A DNA stretch of 64,000 bases from Octopus vulgaris (taxonomy: Eukaryota). Positions 39,901 to 50,283 of the stretch are shown piece by piece. Where the stretch lies: positions 15,314,001-15,378,000 of the forward strand of contig OX597828.1 in NCBI GenBank assembly GCA_951406725.2, in the 5' to 3' direction. How positions within the stretch are numbered: position 1 is the stretch's first letter; the number at the start of each line of letters is the position of its first letter. The notes beneath the pieces are model-generated. The model saw nothing but the letters and a program-made list of their open reading frames with translations, had not been told where the DNA came from and ran no database searches. Both the position numbers and the translations under genes were made by a program.

Positions 39901-41981
39901 CTATAAAAAAAATAAAAAAAATTTTTTTTTGCAATATTTTATTAAGGTATCTTTACAAAATATGTAGCATCAACAAATAACATTTTACAGATGTAAACAT
40001 TGTGATATCTTGTTATAACCAAAGTGGAAGGAATATACAACCTGCAAGGGTTCAGTCCCTGGGAAACAGTGAGCTGAGGAGAGGCAGGAAAGACTTAGGG
40101 TGCTTATAGTCTCAACCCTCCAGCAGATTATGCTGTCGAATGTAATGGTTATTATTTATCTTTTTGTTTGTTTGTCATTTGACACTGGCCATGCTTGGGT
40201 ACCACCATGAAGGGTTTTAGCCAAACAAATCAACCCTCGGACTTATTTTTTTAAAGCTCAGTACTTATTCTATCAGTCTTTTTTTGCCAAACTGCTAAGT
40301 TATGGGAGAAAGCATGAACACACAAAGATATGATAAACATTCTTTTAATTGTTTCTGTCATTTGACTGTGGCCATGTTGGAGCATTGCCTTTAGTCAAAC
40401 AAATCGACCCCAGGACTTTGTAAGCCTAGTACTTTTGCTGAACCACTAAGTTACAGGGAGATAAACACACATTGGTTGTCAAGCGATGGTGGAAGGACAA
40501 ACACATATATATTTATGACAGGTTTCTTTCAGTTTCCTTCTAGCAAATCCACCCGCAAGCTTTTGGTCAGCTCGAGGCTACAGTTGAAGACACTTGCCCA
40601 AAGTCCCATGGAGTGGGACTGAACCCGGAACCATGTGGTTAGTAAGCAAGCTACTTACCACACAGCAGACACACACATATATATATACATACGACAAGCT
40701 TCTTTCAGTATCCACCTACCAAAACCACTCGCAAGCCTTTGGTTGGCCTGAGGATATAATAGAAGACACTTGGCCAAGATGTCAAGCAGTGGGACTGAAC
40801 CCAGAACCATGTGTTTGGGAAGCAAACTACCTACCACAAAACCATGCTTGCATATTATTTTGAATTTATCATAGGTTTAAGATTTTGAAGACATGATTGT
40901 TCATTTTTAGAATGACATTGTAGGAGAGGTGTGAAAGGTTGTGACCAGTTTGAACATGAATCAGGTAGAATGTTTGGATCATATGTGGCCAGTCTGTGCA
41001 TAACTAGAAAACCTACAATGGGGAAACGGAAGCAAGCTACTTGATAGAAAAGATTGGCTGTTGTACTTTAACCCGTCATTATACAGACATTCTAGAATAT
41101 GTTTCTCTATGTTAGCATTAATTTTCATAATCATCTTAACAGCTTATTCCTTACTAATTCACATATTTTATTACAGTATCCTTATTATGTAAGTTATCAA
41201 ATTAAAAAAACAAACAAAAAATCCTTATCATACCATATTGTTAACCTCCTCGAATGTGTAGCTGATTTGTTATTTTGCAAGTAATTTAACTGTTGCGTTG
41301 TAATTATAAAAGTACTGCAGTATACCAATACATTAAACATTTTAAAAAGTTCTCCTTCACACTCATGATATTTACAGGGTGATCTATGTCTATCATGTAA
41401 CACCTTTGATAAATGTATCATACATTCAGAATTAGATTCTCTGGTAGACAACAGAAGTGAATTGTACTAAAAATAGGTCACAAGCTCCAGGATTAACATC
41501 TATATATCAGATGAAACTAAGCAAATAGATCAAAGTATTCTACTAAAACATCATAAGCATTGCCTTAGAATGCACACATATCACCCCTCACCAAGAAACC
41601 ATGCATTTTTCCTTGACCCCTACATATAATTAACCTATTAGCATTCAGATTATTCTGCTAAATGTAATGTTTGTTTTGAATTAATCATGAATTTTCTCAT
41701 AGAATTTTTCATGATGTGATTACTTATTTTTGTTGGACATTGTAGGGCCGGTGTGAGAAGTTGTCTCTGGCTGGTTTAAGCATAAAACAGGCAGAATATG
41801 TCCAGTTTGAATGCTAAAGAGTTAAAGCTAAAAATGTAGAATGCCTGTCCACAACCAAAACACAAAGCCCCCACTCTTTGTGTAACAAAGGAACATAGTT
41901 AACAACTTCACTTCCTACTTTTTTTTTCTTCTTTTAAAGAAGTAATTCATCAAAATACAAATTAAGAAATCTTCAACAAAC

Positions 41982-42089
41982 CTAAAATTTCTTTACATGT
42001 CCCAGCAAGAGTTTTAGACATGCTTCGATCTCTCATTACTCTAGCAACACCCAAAATATCATCAAATGTTAGGTTTCCGTTGTGTTTAA
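41982..42089 (-). CDS. RPL12: 60S ribosomal protein L12, exon 4
   Basis: (V)KHNGNLTFDDILGVARVMRDRSMSKTLAGTCKEIL(G), with CAG/GTTTG boundaries. Confidence 0.95.
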
Positions 42090-42861
42090 CTGAAAGAAAA
42101 ATGCAGAAATACATTTAGAATCATTTATATAAAAGAATACAAGATATATAATGAGGCAGCACACACACCAACATCTCAAACTATTAGATATAGCAGCCGA
42201 ATCTATTTTTACCAACTGTGACAGTGGCAAGTATTTACTATGGCATTTAGTTGACCAAAGCCTTGAGTGGATTTGGTAGATGGAAATTAAATGTAGTCCA
42301 TCATGCATGCCTGCGTGTGTGAACATGTCTCCTAGCTTCAATATTTCATGACTGTTGCAAATAAATATTATTCATTTCCAATACTCTCTGAAACATATCT
42401 GGCCATGGGGAAACATTAGCTCATTAAGAAACAGGCATGGAAGGGCATTTGACCATAGAAAACTTGCTTTTAGATAATGTCTAACTAAACCATGCAAACC
42501 ATGGAAAAGCGGGCATTAAAATGATAAAATCAACAATTTTTTCTTTCTCTGGGTAGCCATGATGTCAAAGAGCACTTGTTCTGCACACAGAAAGATGCAG
42601 TGATCATAGGCCTCCAAACATGCACATTACAAAACAACCTGTCAGCTCAACACATGCAGTTGATAACACTGACCTAAGAAGAATCAAAAATAAATTTGGT
42701 TGGATTTGAACCCAGAATATAAAAGACCACAACTAAATAGTGCAAAGAATTTTGCCCAACACACTTATGATCTAGTTAGTCGACCACTTTGATAATGAAG
42801 AATGATTCAAATTTCAAAAGATATGCACAAAGAGGAAGAAAAAAATAAAAAGGCTACTCAC

Positions 42862-43042
42862 CATGTTTTACTTTCTTACGGTCCCTTGGTGGCTCTTTGA
42901 GAGCTTTGATTATAAGTGATGCAGCACTAGGTACAATAGACACTGCAGCTTGACGATTCTGGATTGTTAATTTTACAGTAATTTTCAGTCCTTTACAGTC
43001 AGCTGTACCTTTGGCAATATCATCACCAACTTTCTTGGGAGA
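42862..43042 (-). CDS. RPL12: 60S ribosomal protein L12, exon 3
   Basis: [60 protein letters not shown], with CAG/GTGAGT boundaries. Confidence 0.97.
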
Positions 43043-44388
43043 CTGAAATAGAGAGAGAGAAAAAATTTTTTTATATAAACACCAACCCAATAAATAAACC
43101 ACAACAAATTTGTGTTGAATAGCAAAATATATCAGACTTTTCTCAACCATTACAACACTAAATGACTAACCAGGGTATAAAACACTTTTTGCAAAATGAT
43201 TGAAAAATATTGCACTTTTATATAGATACTTCACTTCTAATAAAATTTCATCAGGAAAAGGCAATTTAATGTTAAAAAATACTCTTTCTCTCGTGTTTGA
43301 AATATATATGAAGTAAAAAGCTCGTTTCCCAACCATACTGTTCCAGGTTCAAGTCCTAATGTGTGGCACCTTAGGCAAGTGTCTTTTATTATAGCCTTAA
43401 GTCAATCAAAGCTCTGAGTGGAATTGGTAGACAGAAACCAGTTGTGTGTATATATATATATATATATATGTATATAGGTGTGTCTGTGCTTATCCTCTGT
43501 AACTTAGTAGTCCAGCAAAAGATACAGAATAAGTGGGGTTGATTCATTTGGCAAAAAATTCCTGAAAGCAGTGCTCCAGTATGGCTACAGTTTATAACTT
43601 AAAATGGTATTAAAACATTTAGATTGTTTTATAACCAATACTGCAACACTCCAACCAAACACTGAAATCATATCAAGAGAGTCCAATTTCAAGTTTGCTC
43701 AACCAAACATTAACAGCATGACTGGGGTTAAGAAGCTCAGTTTGCAATCACATGGTTTAGATTTGGTCCCACTGTGCAGCACCATGGGCAAGTATCTTCT
43801 ATGTTACGGGGGGACATAAACACATCAATGGTTGTCCAGCTGCAGTAGAGGACAAACAGACACGCATAATACACGGTGGGCTTCTTTCACTTTCTGTCTA
43901 CCAAAACCACTCAGAAGGTTTTGGCTGGTCCAAAGCCAAGACACTTGTTTAAGGTGCAATGCAGTGGGACTGAACCCAGAATGTAGTTGGAAACAAACTT
44001 CTTACCATACAGCCACACCTGCGCATATAATAGAATAAAAAAAAATTCTGCCCTACATTTAACGAATTTGTTTCCTCATAATTCTTTTGAAAATGCTTCA
44101 GACCATTCACTACCTTGAATGAATTTGGTGAACAGAAACTGCGTGGAAGCCTGCCATGTGCTTTTGCCCCTGTTTAACAACCAGAATGCAACTTAGTAAT
44201 CTGGCAAAAGGGACCAATAGAATGAGTACCAGACTTAAAACTAAATACTAGGGTCAATTATTTTAAACTGAATCCCCTTCAAAATGGTGCCCCAGCATAG
44301 CCAATAACTGAAACAAATCAAAGTTTTCACAAACTCAACCCCACCCCAAAAGAACTTTAGAAAAGTAAAACGCGAAATATTAACTTAC

Positions 44389-44462
44389 CAAACCCAAAGG
44401 ACCTATTTTGGGAGCCAATGAAGAGGTACCAGGCACCTCACCACCAACAGCTCTGATGTAAA
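44389..44462 (-). CDS. RPL12: 60S ribosomal protein L12, exon 2
   Basis: (V)[24 protein letters not shown], 74 nt, with CAG/GTAAGT boundaries. Confidence 0.97.
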
Positions 44463-45695
44463 CTGAAAATATAAAAAACAAAAGTTAAAAATAATCATAA
44501 CGGAGCTATATTTTCAGAACAAAAGCTATATATAAAAATAATCATAATGCAGCCATATTTTCCTAATAAAAGCCTCATGATTTTCAGTATAATATGCACA
44601 CTATGCTTGTATATTATTATACTATGATATAATAGAATATTTAAATTCTATTTAAACACTTTTCTTTCAGAGCAAATTCAAGGCCATCATTGTTGTAACA
44701 TCCACTTTTCCATGTCAGCATGGGTAATATGGTGTTTGAGGTAGATTTTCTATAGTCAAATGTTCTTCCTCACCCAACCGTAGAGACCAAGCCAAAACAG
44801 TCTGGGCAGCTCTTACTGACTAATGTCCTGTCAAAACGTCCAACCCATGCCAACATGGAAAAAATGTTAAAGGATTAGAAATGACACCTTTTAGTATGAT
44901 TGATATTTACTTTACAACTACCACATGATGTCAAGACAAGGAGACACCAGCACATATATACACATATTTACAATGAGCTTCTTTCAGTTCCTATTTATGA
45001 AATCCACTCAAGGGTTTGGTTGCGCCAGGACCAGAATAAAATGGTTAAACTAAAGCGTTAAACCTGGTCAAAAAAACAAAAAAAAAATTGTGTAATAGGC
45101 GTAAAACAACTTCCTCTAAACGATTATAAAAAAAAAAAAAAAAAAATACGCGCACGCGAAAGGGGAGTGGGGGAGAGGCCTCGGAAATTTCACATCTTCA
45201 GTCCACGGCCTTTAAACTAAGAAAAAAAAATAGTGTAATTGGTGTAAAACCACTTGTTCTAAACGATTATCAAGAACACACACTCACACATGAATCATAA
45301 ACTCCATATTTTTGTACGTATTTCGCAAAAAAAAAAAAAAAAAAAGGAGAAATTCTGGAAAAAGTAGACTGGCAGCTGATGCAGTTTCGCATCTCCCCTT
45401 GTAGTCCTAGGTATATAAAATAAAGTATGTTGACTGCTGGAGTACTTTCGGTCATAGGTCTTTTAGATAAGAGCTGTCCTAGAAGTAAGTAACAATCTAA
45501 AAAATAGATTACCTTGAAAGAGATAACTTTAAAATATCTACAATTCTACGTCTTGAATTAGATGCCACACTTTCCAACTTAGTATATACAAGGACGCTTA
45601 CGACTATCGATCAATTAATCCAAGTTTATTGATATATATTCGCCTACTTTCAGAGTTACGGCCCTTCGACAGCGCCTTTTTAAAAGTGCTCTCTT

Positions 45696-45785
45696 AATTC
45701 TGCTTAATATCCCATTACTTTTTATTTTCTTCTAATTTCAGGAAAGCAATTCTAAGTTCGTCATCATGATATACTTTATGGAAAA
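45696..45785 (-). pseudogene. Short inverted relic copy of KPTN exon 1 inside RPL12 intron 1
   Basis: The reverse complement of 45724-45752 is identical to 50039-50067, and that of 45753-45769 is identical to 50016-50032. Confidence 0.8.
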
Positions 45786-46560
45786 CATGAGTGTTAAGAC
45801 TCGATTGACTGCGTGGCATCTTGGGCCAAAATATCCAGTAAGTCTCTTGTCACAGACAAGATGCTACCATATGATTTATTTTATCGTGGCACTGGTTATA
45901 TAACATCTGCCCATAATTTTGTTTAATCGGGCATCTTCCATTATTTTACCACGGGTCATTGTAAAAAACGGGTATTTATATAAAGTTTCATCACCCCACC
46001 CCATTTTCCTAAAAGACACGAGGGAAAAACTCGTATCTTGTGAATTTTCCGAATTCTTCTCCCCACCCCCATTACTTTCCGCGTGTTTTTGTTTTCATAT
46101 TGGTATTAAAAAAAGTTACTTTACTGAAAAGGATAAAATTCCATAATAAATGATCCAGGATTATTTTGTTACCCCTATTTATCAATGTTAGGTACAAGGA
46201 GATTCAAACTAAAAGTGGGGCTGAAACTGCATTAGCTCCCTAAAAGTATCCCATATTAAACAAGTTCCCGAAAACGAACATTCCAGACTTTTCGGATGGG
46301 CTTCATCTTTCGAGTGACACACGGAATGATATTAAGAAACTTCCATCGTTCAAACTTTGTTTATTATTTACAATTTACATTGCGAACATGCAAATCAAAC
46401 GGCAGCGACAGATTTTGATAAGATATATATTTTTAGACGTAACTAGATTGATATTCCCCAACAACTTCCTTTCTTCATAACTTACAGAAAAAAAAAAATC
46501 CATGTTTTTTTTTTTTGTTCAAATTAAGAAAATTCTGCAGAGATGATTTCGATTATATTG

Positions 46561-47883
46561 GGCAATCTTTCGTCTCTAGTAGACCTTTCCGTCGATTTCC
46601 GTAAAAAATTCTTTTTTTTTACATAAGGGCTTGCGGGAACTTTTGAAGTAATGAGAGCGAAAGAGACTAAGAGAAAGCGATTGTATGACGAGGGAAGTTC
46701 TTTTGAAGGGTTAATATCTAGATCCGCACCCGGTTGGAAAAATGGAAACGAAAATGTGTAACAGTTGTAAGGCATCGTATATTGACGAAATAAGACGGAA
46801 AAAAAGCGCGCTGACAAACGGGGGGGCTCGGGAAATTCCCAGGACCAACCGTAGAGGATCCACGCCCAGGTGGCAAAAATGGAAAAAAATATGTGTAACA
46901 GGTGTAAGGCATCGTATATTGAAGGAATATGACGAAAAAAAAGCGCGCTGACAAACGGGCGGGGGGGGGGGGGGAGGGGGCTCGGAAAATTGCCTACGAT
47001 TTAAAGAAAAATTTACCATCAATTTTCACCATTTTAAACGCATTTCACACACATAGCCCAATATCATAATTCAAAACTAACGCAGCGAAAATTTTGAAAA
47101 GTTCCCCCAGTTCTGAAAAAAATCGATAAATTCGACATGGGGTCGCGAATCAGAAATACAATGGTGAAAATTGATGGTAAATTTTTCTTTAAATCGTAGG
47201 CAATTTTCCGAGCCCCCTCCCCCCCCACCCCGTTTGTCAGCGCGCTTTTTTTTTCGTCATATTCATTCAATATACGATGCCTTACACCTGTTACACATAT
47301 TTTTTTCCATTTTTGCCACCTGGGCGTGGATCCTCTACGGTTGATCCTGGGAATTTCCCGAGCCCCCCCCCCCCCGTTTGTCAGCGCGCTTTTTTCCGCC
47401 TTATTCTGTCAATATACGATGCCTTACAACTGTTACACATTTTCGTTTCCATTTTTCCCACCGGGTGCGGATCTAGATATTAACCCAATTTTCCGAGCCC
47501 CCTTCCCCCCCCCCGCCCGTTTGTCAGCGCGCTTTTTTTCGTCATATTCCTTCAATATACGGTGCCTTACACCTGTTACACATATTTTTTTCCATTTTTG
47601 CCACCTGGGCGTGGATCCTCTACGGTTGATCCTGGGAATTTCCCGAGCCCCCCCCCCAACCCACCCACCCCGTTTGTCAGCGCGCTTTTTTTCCGTCTTA
47701 TTTCGTCAATATACGATGCCTTACAACTGTTACACATTTTCGTTTCCATTTTTCCCACCGGGTGCGGATCTAGATATTACCGTGCATGGGAGCATTGATG
47801 TACATGTGTGTTTGATGGGGTGTGGGAGACAGACAGTATGTTGTGTAATCGACGGAAAGGTCTACTAGAGACGAAAGATCGCC
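46561..47883. mobile_element. Non-autonomous Merlin-like DNA transposon with internal foldback GC-rich repeats
   Basis: 37-bp TIRs (GGCAATCTTTCGTCTCTAGTAGACCTTTCCGTCGATT, 1 mismatch), GG..CC ends, and a perfect 8-bp TSD TTATATTG at 46553-46560 and 47884-47891. Confidence 0.8.
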
Positions 47884-48693
47884 TTATATTGTGGCCATGC
47901 TGGTACACCGCCACGAACAAATCGATCACAGTACTTTTTTAAAGTTTGGTACTTATCTATTATCGTTCCCATTTGTCGAACGGCTACGTTACGGGGGGAC
48001 ATAAAATAAACACACCATCAATAGTTGTCCAGCTGTAGTAGAGGACAAACAGACACACATAATACACGGCGGGCTTCTTTCAGTTTCCGCTTACTAAAAC
48101 CACTCACGGCTTTGGCCGATCCAAGGTGCAACGCAGTGGGACTGAACCTAGAATGTGGTTGGGAAACAAATTTCTTACTACACAGCTACACCTGCGCATA
48201 TGTTGATAAGAATTAAAAAAAAAACAACTTTGTAAGCAGTTTCGGGTGATTGTCCTACACTTATAGAATTTGTTACTTCATAACTCTTTTGAAAATGCCA
48301 ATTATTCAACGACATTTTGTAGAATTGTTTTCTAGAATGTAAATTACGTTATAAATCAAAGACTTTTTCACAAAGTTATGAAGAAAACGAAATCGGGAGG
48401 CGCACCAACCTGTAATTATGTCTCATATACCTTCAGACCATATTACACATGTTGGATTTTATACCACGAGGAAACAACGCTTTACTTTCTGTGATATTTT
48501 GTATCAAGAAAATCAAGCTAGAGTAACCCGCACGAACAATTTTTGCAAGTGTTACGAAGGGAAAGGTTTAAAAAAATTGTTTAATAATTAAAGTTGTGTC
48601 GAAGATTCCAAGTATGGCGAAATTAAGTTCGCTGCCCATCATGATGTCCTAAGAGTTCATTTGTATTGCGTGGCATCTCGGGCCAAATATCTA

Positions 48694-48866
48694 GGTACTA
48701 TTTAAGAAGAGTGGTCCCGGTGCGAGCACTCGCGCATCCACTCTAGCTAGTCGTGACTAGTGGATCCTACGACGACTACCTAGCAAAGTAAATAAAACAC
48801 AAAGGGTCGACTAGTCACGACTAGCTAGCGCGGATGCGCGCACCGGGACCACGCTTAAATAGTACC
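48694..48866. mobile_element. Small hairpin MITE (about 65-bp TIRs, TA-flanked)
   Basis: GGTACTATTTAAG..GTGGTCCCGGTGCG..CTAGCTAGTCGTGACTAGT / ACTAGTCACGACTAGCTAG..CGCACCGGGACCAC..CTTAAATAGTACC. Confidence 0.8.
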
Positions 48867-49538
48867 TAGACATTCAGGTAAAAAAACAATGAAGGAGCCA
48901 ATGATGACAAAAACTAATTAATATTAACCTCACTATTTATTTTATAAACACCAAGATGTCGTACTTAAGAACTTTTGTAGACATTCGGAGATTCTAGGAT
49001 GTTTTTTTTTATGCAGCTCCCTTTCGTTTTGTGCGGGAATGTGCCGTTGTTAATGCACATATTCAACAACTACCGAAATTGGATAGTAACCAGAAGGGAT
49101 CTCGTGGCACAGATTTGCGCCTACAATTCAGAACCATTCTCATCGAGAATTAACGTTTAGGGTACGTTTTTATATGGAATCCTCGATCCCGTATACGCCG
49201 TTCGGTTGTTGGAATAATTAGGATACTCACCGGCGAATTTACGGAGATTCGTTTACATATAAAAATTGGGTGGTAATATGGTTTTATGACTCGCTATGTT
49301 CAATACATTAAAAACAGGAATAGATTATTTTCTCATTATAGATTACATGTTTAAAACACAAATATGAATATATATATAAATATACACAACAGTTATTCGC
49401 ATAAATAAAAGATCAATAACTAAGTAATTAATAGTTCACACATTTAAACTTTTATAGTGTATGACTCCATCACAGATGTGTACGAAACACATGCTATTTA
49501 AAAGAAAAAGTGTTCAAATAAAAAACATAGTGGCTTAC

Positions 49539-49575
49539 CGATATGAACGGCACTCGGATCGAATTTAGGTGGCAT
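49539..49575 (-). CDS. RPL12: 60S ribosomal protein L12, first coding exon
   Basis: MPPKFDPSAVHI(V), 37 nt, followed by a GTAAG donor. Confidence 0.95.
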
Positions 49576-49761
49576 ATTGGATGTGTTTTAGATGTTTTAT
49601 AAAATCCTATTTAATGACTATGGTGTTGGATGAGCTAAGATTAGCACGACCAAAAATTTGGTGCACCAAAGACAGTAAATGGCTAACCGGAAAAGAAAGA
49701 ACGATCAAGTTCCGGTAAAGAGGAGATAACTCAGCCCAGTAGTTATAATAACAATAACACG
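49576..49761. promoter_or_regulatory. Bidirectional RPL12/KPTN promoter and 5' UTRs
   Basis: 186 bp between divergent ATGs. It carries inverted ETS/GABP sites (CCGGAA 49687, TTCCGG 49710), a minus-strand polypyrimidine TTCTTTCTTTTCC (TCT/5'TOP-like) and a YY1-like AAATGGC at 49677. Confidence 0.75.
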
Positions 49762-50283
49762 ATGGGTGGAAGATGGCAATGGATTGATGCTCATTTTAGT
49801 TGCCTTCCTTCTCAGAGCAATGTCTATGGTTTAACAACGTTCTCTAAAGCTGATGGCACTACAAAATTACTGACAGGATGTATGAATGGCAAAGTAATGA
49901 GCGTGGAGTACCACAAACATTCAGACAAATTACGGCCGTCCTCCAGAGAAATCCAATTTACATATATCCCTGGTGATGCCGAACTTGTAGCTATCGACGC
50001 TTTTCGTAAGGTATTTCATGATGACGAACTTATAATCGGAATTGCTTTCCTGAAATTAGAAGAAAATGAAAACAAAACATGTCAGTTTTTGAATATTTAT
50101 TCTTCTTGGGAAAAAGAATTGGATATTAAACCGAATTCGGATCAAGTAACACCTATATGTCAGTATTTGAAGTTGGAATTTATACCCTATCAGCTCACGC
50201 ACACTCAATTAATTACCAAAAATTCGAAGGAAACTGTATTCTTATTGAGTGGAAACGATAAAAAGGTTCACTTATATCGAGAG
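49762..50283 (+). CDS. KPTN: Kaptin (KICSTOR complex subunit), exon 1
   Basis: SQSNVYGL, REIQFTYIPGDAELVAIDAF, FLNIY, LEFIPYQLTHT and VFLLSGND..VHLYRE are kaptin motifs. Phase-0 donor GAG|GT. Confidence 0.92.

Noticed and set aside
46700-47780. Regularly spaced GC-rich repeats resembling a CRISPR array or CpG-island ORFs
   Set aside because: Eukaryotic intron, spacers are themselves repeated, and the block lies inside a TIR element.
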